Shown: positions 9,001-15,890 of the stretch, piece by piece
Position numbering within the stretch: position 1 is the stretch's first letter
Layout: every line of letters begins with the position of its first letter
Virus record (IMG/VR): IMGVR_UViG_3300045988_158116
Reading direction: 5' to 3' (one strand)
Origin: a virus
Length of the DNA stretch: 37,724 nucleotides
Translations under genes and position numbers: made by a program
The notes under the pieces: generated by a model
Told to the model about the DNA's origin: nothing
Seen by the model: only the letters and a program-made list of their open reading frames with translations
Databases searched by the model: none

Positions 9001-9186
9001 GGTTATGCGCGAAGCGTACGTTTTAAACAGATTATTCACGGCATAAAGCAAGTAGTGGTTACGGGCGATGGCCATACGCGCGACAAAGAACAAGTGTTGC
9101 AAGCTATGTGTTTTAACTATGACAAGATAGTGGAAAGGTATGGCATTGAACTCGAAGACCAGCTAAGTGGTGGATTTACTGACTAA
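6016..9186 (+). CDS. DNA primase / P-loop helicase fusion (DnaG-like zinc finger and Toprim, plus C-terminal NTPase)
   Basis: CHC2 zinc finger CCPFHEEKTPSFYVSP...CFGGCQEGG. Toprim motifs YLVEGAPDAMK and INDAD. Walker A GPKGSGKT and Walker B VHLDEY in the C-terminal half. 1056 aa. Confidence 0.9.
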   Translation: MISKETIDLVLDRTILEDVVRESGVALTKRGKDLVACCPFHEEKTPSFYVSPSRQLWYCFGGCQEGGNVISYVMKREGLTFVEAVKRLAERAHIEVENDATEDANTEQQRLKREAMTRLNKKVAEFYDSLLHDGSNADAVTALNYAHQRFGKKYVEEAKMGYAPNKWNTLTEWARKTGESQELLIELGLLKRKEENGRVYDFLRGRLVIPITDRRGEVIGFTARNLVDNVDAAKYVNSQESEAYHKGDTVFGMNVAFAQARKEERMYLVEGAPDAMKMHSVGIDNVVATLGGNWTEKQFELVKKAATNVCFINDADPVPVGKRYGTGIGYVLRNGELAMKQGLNVTVRELPCKEGNLKQDPGDFFTTSTRLNELKEEDFVTWAAQKIIDKDAPSDRLSAALKQVATLASYVVDDTLLEMLIDGLNKIRRGKEFWRGLIQKVRWDREKTDKRKNGEIDLREYGFYKEAGGYWGQTEKGSEIQWSNFTMRPVFHIKDADQPKRIFYIKNNKGAEDVVEMSIEDLVSLSKFRQRIESIGNYMWMAGDRELMKLKTYLYENTETSRLIKQLGWNQAGFYAFGNGVWMDGTFRKADEFGVCKLQNGDNWYIPAASKLYKEDRKKFERERKFIHQTLQNVPFRGYMEDFVMVYGNNGIVGLCYWLAALFRDVVTDSTRSFPLLNLFGPKGSGKTELGAALMAFFVSDNKAPNLRNSTATALNDDVAFASNALVHLDEYKNDIRPDKIEFLKGLYDGVGRVKMSGAAFDARIMTSVKSGVIVSGQEMPTADPALFSRCLFLSFPRSEFSTEECRRFAALREVQKFGLSFLTIEVLKHRKHFAANFADNYALVRDEVNRMTDYARLDTRIVENWCKVAAAFKVLEAKLDFPFHYAEVLRLCVDGIKTQNDILNTGNELAVFWTAVAYLKNTGEVFATADYKIATLQTLRTTKQDFDFGTPRRVIYVNKSRLFSLYKRAALQTGDSALPEDSLKIYLENADYFLGYARSVRFKQIIHGIKQVVVTGDGHTRDKEQVLQAMCFNYDKIVERYGIELEDQLSGGFTD

Positions 9187-9202
9187 CCAACAATAATGGA
9201 TT

Positions 9203-9367
9203 ATGAAAAAGAACGAAAAGGAAAAAGAGTTGCCAAGGCCTTGTGCCAAGTGCCGACGCGGACAAGAGGGACTTTGCAACTGTAACTATTCGGGCGGTGC
9301 GGGTTATCCTTGCCAAGGGTATACTGACAACCCTAACAAAGTCCTACATCTACGCCCTAATTTTTAA
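9203..9367 (+). CDS. Small Cys-rich ORF (54 aa), below the ORF-track cutoff
   Basis: MKKNEKEKELPRPCAKCRRGQEGLCNCNYSGGAGYPCQGY... It fills the gap between primase and the next gene in the same orientation. Confidence 0.35.
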   Translation: MKKNEKEKELPRPCAKCRRGQEGLCNCNYSGGAGYPCQGYTDNPNKVLHLRPNF

Positions 9368-9387
9368 CCCCTAAAAAAGTTTTTGAC

Positions 9388-9639
9388 ATGAAGCTAAGAC
9401 AAGCGCGAAAGATCCTCAAGCGCAAATTTGAGATAGAAACCAAGCTACGGGATCATGGCATGCCACGCCCAAAGAATTATGGCAGTATAATACTGAGCCA
9501 TGAAACAAAAGCATGTGCTGTAGTTAACCATCAGACTTCGGTTGGCAGAACGCTCAACTGGTTAAACAATAAATACATGGCAAAGATTCACAAGGAATTG
9601 AGAGCCAAAAACCCAAATTTATTTAGAACAAAACCCTAA
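9388..9639 (+). CDS. Hypothetical early protein
   Basis: 83-aa basic ORF in the operon orientation. Confidence 0.55.
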   Translation: MKLRQARKILKRKFEIETKLRDHGMPRPKNYGSIILSHETKACAVVNHQTSVGRTLNWLNNKYMAKIHKELRAKNPNLFRTKP

Positions 9640-9654
9640 TAAAAACAAAAAGAC

Positions 9655-9855
9655 ATGGAAGTAGAAATTGAAGCAATGATTGAAGATACTGAAATCCTTA
9701 GGTATGTTTCAGAATCCAAACAATCAACAGTGATAAAAAATATATTTTATGAATGCACTGAAGATTCACAACAGAGATTTATCAGCGAACTTGATGATTC
9801 TTACCTTGTTAAAGAATTAGAAAGAAGAGGTTTTACGATAACTAAAAACAAATAA
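9655..9855 (+). CDS. Hypothetical small acidic protein
   Basis: 66-aa ORF, tightly packed with its neighbours. Confidence 0.5.
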   Translation: MEVEIEAMIEDTEILRYVSESKQSTVIKNIFYECTEDSQQRFISELDDSYLVKELERRGFTITKNK

Positions 9856-9894
9856 CATGACACAATTTATAATTTCAAAAAGATACACCCCACA

Positions 9895-10326
9895 ATGAAA
9901 CAAGAACAAGTAACAATTAAAGCAGTGTGTCGAGGTCGTTATGCTGCCCTGCCTCGACGCATGCACCCAGGCGATGCAGGCTTTGACTTGGTGGCAAACT
10001 CTCGACAAATGGACATAGAGAACAACTGCTATGTGTATGGCACAGGTTTGAGCGTAGAGGTTCCGATAGGTTACGTCATGTTAATTTTTCCTCGATCGTC
10101 GTGTTACAAGCACGCAGCATTGATGGCCAACTGTGTAGCCGTGATAGATTCGGGCTACCGTGGCGAGATTCACGTCGTGTTTAAGGGGCTGACCTCTTGC
10201 TACAAACTTGGCGATCGCATAGCACAAGCCGTGGTTATGCCCGTGCCCGAGGTGTGTTACCAACAGGTGGAAGCGCTTGGCGAAGGCGACCGAGGTGAAG
10301 ACGGATTAGGTAGTACAGGTGTTTAA
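9895..10326 (+). CDS. dut: dUTP diphosphatase (dUTPase)
   Basis: Motifs GDAGFDL, FPRSS, VIDSGYRGEIHV, GDRIAQ and C-terminal RGEDGLGSTG. Confidence 0.9.
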   Translation: MKQEQVTIKAVCRGRYAALPRRMHPGDAGFDLVANSRQMDIENNCYVYGTGLSVEVPIGYVMLIFPRSSCYKHAALMANCVAVIDSGYRGEIHVVFKGLTSCYKLGDRIAQAVVMPVPEVCYQQVEALGEGDRGEDGLGSTGV

Positions 10327-10344
10327 TTTAATAACTAAGTAATT

Positions 10345-10791
10345 ATGAACATTGCAGAAATTTTGAAGAAATGCCCGAAAGGGACGAAGTTGTATAGCTC
10401 ACTTTACGGAGAAGTCGAACTCGTAAAAGTTAAGGATAACACTATATATCCAATAGTGGTTTCTTGCCTTGAATTTGAAAATTATATAATGAAATTTGAC
10501 AAGGATGGGAAAAACATGACTGCGCATAAAGAGCCTACGCTCTTCCCATCCAAGACACAACGCGATTGGAGCAAGTTCGGAATTAATGACCAAGAAACCA
10601 AATATCAGTTCAAGCCATTCGATAAGGTGCTTGTGCGAGATAGGGATGATAAAACATGGAGGTGTGACATTTTTAGTCACTTAGATGATAAAGGGAGAGC
10701 TTTTATTTGCCTTAGCACATGGTGGAGGCAGTGCATCCCATACGAAGGCAACGAACACTTATTTGGAACCACAAACAATCCCGAAGAATGA
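10345..10791 (+). CDS. Hypothetical protein
   Basis: 148-aa ORF. Its stop overlaps the next start (ATGA). Confidence 0.6.
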   Translation: MNIAEILKKCPKGTKLYSSLYGEVELVKVKDNTIYPIVVSCLEFENYIMKFDKDGKNMTAHKEPTLFPSKTQRDWSKFGINDQETKYQFKPFDKVLVRDRDDKTWRCDIFSHLDDKGRAFICLSTWWRQCIPYEGNEHLFGTTNNPEE

Positions 10792-11117
10792 AACCGAGAA
10801 AGAAACTAATCGAAGAAGCAAAAGCAGACGGAACACTTGATAAGTGCGACAGACTAATTAGTTCAGCATTCTTGCTCTTTGTGATTGCGCAAGACTTCTA
10901 CGATGAAGCAGGCGAAAAGCTATTAAAACACAAGCTATTGCTCGGAGAAGATAAAAAGCAGTTCAACAAGAGCATAGATGAGATGAGCAAATATACACGC
11001 GACTTTGCTCAAACCTTCTTAAACGGACGTGAAGGAGGTAGGATGTTTAATGAAGATTGGGGCACATACAAGGATAAAATTTTAAAGTTGCTTGAATTAG
11101 AGGAGGACTACAAATGA
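10788..11117 (+). CDS. Hypothetical protein
   Basis: Start taken at the ATGA overlap (MKPRKKLIEE...), not the track start at 10719. Confidence 0.55.
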   Translation: MKPRKKLIEEAKADGTLDKCDRLISSAFLLFVIAQDFYDEAGEKLLKHKLLLGEDKKQFNKSIDEMSKYTRDFAQTFLNGREGGRMFNEDWGTYKDKILKLLELEEDYK

Positions 11118-11335
11118 AAAGAAAATACAGAATAAAAAAGTATCAGCGCGAGGATGTGGACGCTTGGCTGAACACACAATACATGGATGTAGCCCCACGA
11201 ATCAACGTCTACGCAGTGCAAATGCGCGTGATGTGGTTTTGGGTAACCATCAAAGAGTTTGATGACGATTCAGATTGGGTGGGCTATTCGCGTGCTCAAA
11301 ACCTCATGGACGAACTCAACAAAGAAACATTATAA
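11114..11335 (+). CDS. Hypothetical protein
   Basis: 73-aa ORF with a 4-nt overlap with the upstream gene. Confidence 0.55.
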   Translation: MKRKYRIKKYQREDVDAWLNTQYMDVAPRINVYAVQMRVMWFWVTIKEFDDDSDWVGYSRAQNLMDELNKETL

Positions 11336-11356
11336 ACCCCACAAACAAAAAAGATT

Positions 11357-11770
11357 ATGGTAATAGACATTAAAAAATGCGATATTCGCACAGCAACTCC
11401 CAACGACTTTAAAGGCGAAATTAGAGAAATTGTTCAATGTTTAGAAAACTATGTGAACAAAGACCTCGAGCAACGTCGCGTGTTGGTCTTCATCGAAGAC
11501 GACAGCACAAAAACTGACACAAACTTGAGCAGCCATTTTAGCTCAATGGAATGGAACCTAACACGCGAATCTGCCACAAATTGGCTGGTAGGTGCAGCGG
11601 TGAAAAATCCCGAATTTTGCTTAAGCTTGTTAGATGCCTTCGAAGAACTACACAAAGTTGTACGCTGGGAGTTTCCCAAGGAGTTTGAACGGCTCAGACA
11701 ATACGACGGTAAAACCATTCGCACAGAGTTTGCGAAGTTGGTAAAGAAACTGGCTGAAAAGATGAGTTGA
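11357..11770 (+). CDS. Hypothetical protein
   Basis: 137-aa ORF, last gene before a strong terminator. Confidence 0.6.
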   Translation: MVIDIKKCDIRTATPNDFKGEIREIVQCLENYVNKDLEQRRVLVFIEDDSTKTDTNLSSHFSSMEWNLTRESATNWLVGAAVKNPEFCLSLLDAFEELHKVVRWEFPKEFERLRQYDGKTIRTEFAKLVKKLAEKMS

Positions 11771-11801
11771 TTGATTTGATTAGGATTAATTGTTTAAGTG
11801 T

Positions 11802-11840
11802 GCCCTGTGCGGTCCGTGAGGATAGCACGGGGCTTTTTTT
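11802..11840 (+). terminator. Rho-independent terminator ending the early/replication operon
   Basis: GCCCTGTGC...GCACGGGGC stem followed by T7. Confidence 0.7.
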
Positions 11841-11894
11841 ATGTGTAAACTCAAAAAAAAAGGGGAAAAAATTGCATAATATCGATTTGTTTAT

Positions 11895-11902
11895 TATCTT
11901 TG
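11895..11902 (+). promoter_or_regulatory. Bacteroidota-type -7 box TATCTTTG
   Basis: Matches TAnnTTTG, 24 nt upstream of the ATG at 11926. The same octamer recurs at 36949-36956. Confidence 0.35.
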
Positions 11903-11925
11903 CAATGTCTTAAAAATCAAAGACA

Positions 11926-12102
11926 ATGGGTTTCGCAGACAACAGTCTAAAGGACTGGGAGGATATTCTGAACAAATTCAGATACCTCTTCCGAAACGAG
12001 AAGACTCTGCTTAGCAGCGGAAGACTCACCGAATCGGAATTTCTTGAAGAATTCTTCTTTGCAGTGTTCGACGCAATCGAGAAGTATTCAGAAAAGGAAT
12101 GA
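11926..12102 (+). CDS. Small hypothetical ORF (58 aa), below the track cutoff
   Basis: MGFADNSLKDWEDILNKFRYLF... It has its own -7 box and a downstream hairpin. Confidence 0.4.
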   Translation: MGFADNSLKDWEDILNKFRYLFRNEKTLLSSGRLTESEFLEEFFFAVFDAIEKYSEKE

Positions 12103-12212
12103 AAGTAAATTAGGGCGTCCTGCCTTGCTCCACGGATGTGGGGTAGGACTTCCCTTTTTACTAAAAGGTTTGCGAAATCTTTTTTAGAAACTCAGTTTAA
12201 ATTATCTATAAT

Positions 12213-12626
12213 ATGAAGGAAGAAATCAGACGTAAATTAGAGGAGAGTTACGCCGTGATAAACGACAAAGATCCCAATCTAAGCACCAAACTCTTAGACG
12301 AGGCATTTGCCATGGCCAACACTCCCGAAGAAGAGCGAGAAGCAGCACTTTACGTCCGTACGATGTTAAAGCGTGGTCGTAAACGCGACGATGTAGACAT
12401 TTCCTCATTATTGGCCGATGTGCGAGATGCGGTGTCGATGTCGTATATTTCTCAAAGGTTTTTTGGCAAAGAGCGTTCATGGCTTTCGCAAAGATTAAAC
12501 GGAAGCATAGTGAATGGCAAACCCGCTGCATTTACAACAGAAGAACTCAAAATGCTTTCCGACTCGTTTAAGACGTTAGGTAGCAAAATGATAAGTGTCT
12601 CAAGCGAAATCCATAAAAGCATCTGA
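12213..12626 (+). CDS. Small HTH-like protein, paralog 1 of 3 (DUF5053-like motif SWLSQRLNG..NGKPAAFT)
   Basis: The C-terminal segment ISQRFFGKERSWLSQRLNGSIVNGKPAAFTTEELKMLSDSF aligns with 35539-35859 and 37184-37426. Monocistronic, with its own terminator. Confidence 0.7.
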   Translation: MKEEIRRKLEESYAVINDKDPNLSTKLLDEAFAMANTPEEEREAALYVRTMLKRGRKRDDVDISSLLADVRDAVSMSYISQRFFGKERSWLSQRLNGSIVNGKPAAFTTEELKMLSDSFKTLGSKMISVSSEIHKSI

Positions 12627-12639
12627 CACTGTGCTTGAG

Positions 12640-12665
12640 AGCCCCCACGAGTTGGGGGCTTTTTT
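12640..12665 (+). terminator. Rho-independent terminator
   Basis: AGCCCCC-ACGAGTT-GGGGGCT followed by a T-run. Confidence 0.7.
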
Positions 12666-12762
12666 GTACCCCAACAAGTAATTAGGAGGGGTGTTTTTTT
12701 TAGAAAAAAAGAAGAAAAGCCCCAATTCTGTGCAACTTTCTCTCACGACCCCTTATTTCTTG

Positions 12763-12949
12763 ACTACATTCACTACATTTTACTACAATGTTATAAAAGA
12801 TTGATTATTAAGGAGTTATGAAATGCGGAGGAGGGAAAAAAACTCACTACATTTGACTACAACTGACTACAACGAGAGTTGCTCTCACTACAATGTAGTG
12901 GGGTTGTAGTGACGTAAGTCGTTGAAAATCAAGTATGTAGTGTTGTAGT
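12763..12949. repeat. Iteron-like array: 7 direct ACTACA plus 4 inverted TGTAGT
   Basis: ACTACA at 12763, 12772, 12782, 12846, 12856, 12866 and 12887. TGTAGT at 12894, 12905, 12936 and 12944. Two triads have 9-10 bp spacing. Perfect palindrome CACTACAATGTAGTG at 12886-12900. Confidence 0.8.
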
Positions 12950-13152
12950 CAGTGCGATAACGAAAAAAACTACGCGTGTGCGCGAAAGATGCTGTTTGGG
13001 TGAGTAGGGCTGTTTACCCCTATAAACCCTGAATGGCGAGCGCTGCATGATGTGATTTTAGGCATAGCGCATGCAGTGCGTTTGCTCGCTATGGTTTTGG
13101 GTAAGGATTATTGCAAATGTATTTGTGTTTATTGTATTTGAAGTTTTTTTTG

Positions 13153-13160
13153 TAAATTTG
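13153..13160 (+). promoter_or_regulatory. -7 box TAAATTTG upstream of the packaging operon
   Basis: Matches TAnnTTTG. About 48 nt upstream of the ATG at 13208. Confidence 0.3.
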
Positions 13161-13207
13161 TGTGCGTATACATCCTTTTACTTATTCAGCTAAAATCTTT
13201 TTTATTG

Positions 13208-13699
13208 ATGAAAGACATTACCGTGCTATTACGTCTTGAGCCTTATCTACGCCAATGGCTTACCCACGCATTTGGCGAGCCTGTTCGGTTTCCTGCTCAA
13301 AGCTACGAAAACCACTTGTTGCTGCGTTTGGTGCAACGTGTGCCTCATGCGTCAACTATCGCAAATGAAGATAAAAACTCACATAAATGCGTTAGGGTGG
13401 TCATTCCCGACAGTGCGCATCGCCGTCCCGAATACTATCACCACCTATCGCGACGTGCCAATGCCAAGATGTGTGCAGCCTTAGTTAGCCTGTTCCGCAT
13501 CCACCTATGGAGCGATATTGCGCCCAAGATACATGCCGATGGACTGAACCGAGCCATCGACGATTGGTGCCAGAGTCAGGGCATAGACATAGACTATCGC
13601 GAAGGCGTGCGCCAAAAGTTTTACCGCATGCGCAGATCGTATGAGACCTATGGCATAATTTTAGGTAAAAAACACTGCCATAAGGTCGGTAAAAAATGA
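13208..13699 (+). CDS. Hypothetical protein immediately upstream of TerL (small-terminase or late-regulator candidate by position only)
   Basis: ORF 13160-13699. Start chosen at MKDITVLLRLEPY. No motif recognised. Confidence 0.55.
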   Translation: MKDITVLLRLEPYLRQWLTHAFGEPVRFPAQSYENHLLLRLVQRVPHASTIANEDKNSHKCVRVVIPDSAHRRPEYYHHLSRRANAKMCAALVSLFRIHLWSDIAPKIHADGLNRAIDDWCQSQGIDIDYREGVRQKFYRMRRSYETYGIILGKKHCHKVGKK

Positions 13700-13720
13700 A
13701 CAAACAAAATAAACATATTT

Positions 13721-15325
13721 ATGGAAGTATTTTTTAACCGCATGCAGCGCGAGGTGTGTGCCATCGACGCGCACACCAACGTGATAGTGGCAGGACGAGG
13801 CACAGGCAAGAGCGTGTTGCATGCTTGGATAAATCTGCGCAACTTTCAGCAGATGCCACGCAGTACCACCGCCTTTGTCACCCCCACCGCCATACGTGCC
13901 AAAACCAACACCTTACCATCGATGTTCCAACATTGGGAGGATTGGGGCTATCATCGGGGTGTGCATTGGGACATTGGACACCGTCCACCGCGAGCCCTTG
14001 GTTGGCCCGATCCCATTGTGGTGCCCGATAATTGGGAAAACGTCATCTCGTTCTACACGGGAGCCATTGGTCAGATAATCAGTCAAGACCGCGTGGGCAC
14101 AAGTAACTCAAAGAGTTTCGACTACATCGACATAGACGAAGCCAAGTTTGTAAACTTTGAGCGCCTTAAAGACGAAACCTTCCCTGCTAACCGCGGACAG
14201 CAGCGCGAGTTTGGTGACTTGCCCTTTCACCACGGCATGCTCGTTACAAGCGATATGCCTGTGACCAAAACAGGATCGTGGTTTATGCGCTATGAAAAAG
14301 ACCTCGACCCTGAACTCATTAGCACCATCGAAGCCCTAACAGCCGAAGAACTCTCGGTGAGTTGGCGCATTGCGCAAGGCGACACCACTCCCTACTTGCC
14401 TCGCAAACTTGCCGAGGTGCAACGTGTGCTCAGCACCTTGCGCAAGCATGCTACACTATTTAGGCGCTACTCCTCGCTCACCAACATCGAGGTGCTTGGC
14501 GAGGCATGGATCAAACAAATGCGTCGCGACTTGCCCCCAATGGTGTTTCGCACCAGCATTCTGTGTCAGTCGGTGAGCATACTGAAGGATGGCTTCTACT
14601 CGTCGATGCAACCGCGCAACAAGTATACAGCCACCGACCATAGCAAACTCGATGCCCTAGGCTACGACTTTAAAGCCATAGGCACAGCTGCCAACACCTG
14701 CAGGCTCGACTCCGACCTTATTGCCACTCACCCCCTCATCATAGCCTTCGACTTTAATGCCAACATCAACTGGCTTGTGTGCGGACAGGTAGACGAGGAC
14801 CGACGAAGGCTCAATGTGGTGAAGAGCTTCTACGTGAAGTACGACCGCAAGTTGCCCGAACTCGTGGCAGACTTTTGCCAATATTATGCACCCTTCCCAC
14901 TGCACGAAGTGATTTTTTATTACGATTCAACGGCTTTAGGGTCGAACTATGCGGTGAACGATCAAGACTTTCAGTGGGTGATTACGCATGAGTTGCAAAA
15001 GCACGGATGGCGTGTGCGCCCTGTGTATATAGGTGCCCCTATGCGCCACATGGAGAAGTACACACTCATTAACCGAGGCTTTGCAGGTCAAGCCCGATTG
15101 GTGCCCTACTTTAACGAGGCGCAGAACCAAGACCTATTGGTGTCGGTTCAAACCGCAGGCGTGTATAATGGCAAGAAGGATAAGCGAGGCGAGAAGTTGG
15201 CAGAGACCGAGGAGGACAAACTTGAGAGTCGTACGGATGGTAGCGATGCCTTCGATACCCTTTACATCGGTTGCGAGCGATTCCCGCAACAAGTTTTTGT
15301 GTTACGAGTGACAGGCGGTGGATAA
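13721..15325 (+). CDS. terL: Terminase large subunit
   Basis: 534 aa. Walker A VAGRGTGKS, Walker B-like DYIDIDEAKF, and a C-terminal nuclease-size domain. Sits at the head of the morphogenesis block. Confidence 0.85.
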   Translation: MEVFFNRMQREVCAIDAHTNVIVAGRGTGKSVLHAWINLRNFQQMPRSTTAFVTPTAIRAKTNTLPSMFQHWEDWGYHRGVHWDIGHRPPRALGWPDPIVVPDNWENVISFYTGAIGQIISQDRVGTSNSKSFDYIDIDEAKFVNFERLKDETFPANRGQQREFGDLPFHHGMLVTSDMPVTKTGSWFMRYEKDLDPELISTIEALTAEELSVSWRIAQGDTTPYLPRKLAEVQRVLSTLRKHATLFRRYSSLTNIEVLGEAWIKQMRRDLPPMVFRTSILCQSVSILKDGFYSSMQPRNKYTATDHSKLDALGYDFKAIGTAANTCRLDSDLIATHPLIIAFDFNANINWLVCGQVDEDRRRLNVVKSFYVKYDRKLPELVADFCQYYAPFPLHEVIFYYDSTALGSNYAVNDQDFQWVITHELQKHGWRVRPVYIGAPMRHMEKYTLINRGFAGQARLVPYFNEAQNQDLLVSVQTAGVYNGKKDKRGEKLAETEEDKLESRTDGSDAFDTLYIGCERFPQQVFVLRVTGGG

Positions 15326-15507
15326 CAGAGGTAGTGCATATTCCGCTAAAAAAAAGAGGGGGTGGCCCCCCCCGGGGGTGCAGGGCGTTGGTGGGTGGGA
15401 AAGGTGTGACACCGCACATTTTTAGCCTTCGGCTCCTGTCGAGATGCGTAAAAATGGGGAGAGTGAAGAAACTTAGGGTGGAAAAACTGAAGTAAGGTTT
15501 TGGGGGC

Positions 15508-15819
15508 GGTATTTGGATGGTATCTGGGCGGTATTTGGGTGGTTTTTGGGTGGTGTTTGGAAGGCTTTGAAATGGCTTTGAAATGGTATCGGCATTTCTT
15601 CGGAATGGTATCGGAATGGTATCGGAATGACTTCGGGGTGTTTTTGGGGTGTTTTTGTGGTGGTTTTGGGTGTGTTTTTGGGTGTGGTTTTGGGTGTGTT
15701 TTTGGGTGTGGTTTTGGGTGTGTGTTTTTTTTGTGTGTTTGGGTGGGTGTTCTTGGGTGTGTTTTTGGGTGTGTGGGGTGTGTTTTTGTGGGGTTGGGGG
15801 TGTGTTTGGGTGTCTTTTT
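15508..15819 (+). repeat. Degenerate 11-12-nt tandem repeat array ending in a 189-nt A-free G/T tract
   Basis: 11-nt register from 15508 (GGTATTTGGnn x5, GGCTTTGAAAT x2, GGTATCGGAAT units). This changes to 12 nt (GGTTTTGGGTGT/GTTTTTGGGTGT) from 15662. There is no A between 15631 and 15819, and only 4 C. Confidence 0.85.
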
Positions 15820-15890
15820 ATTCTTTTAGTTAAAGGTGTATCTTCGCCCTTGCAACATGCCACGTAGGGTGTTGTTACGAAAAAAACGAT

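Noticed and set aside
13036-13089. Imperfect long hairpin (GCGAGC.CTGCATG ... CATGCAG.......GCTCGC) as an independent element
   Set aside because: It has only 6+7 bp with a large asymmetric bulge. It is mentioned under the iteron finding but is too weak to call alone.
13160-13207. Track start at 13160 for the pre-TerL gene, and overlapping ORFs 13236-13484, 13485-13703 and 13648-13842
   Set aside because: The first 16 codons are a hydrophobic read-through of the promoter region, and the ATG at 13208 fits better. The others are alternative-frame overlaps without support.
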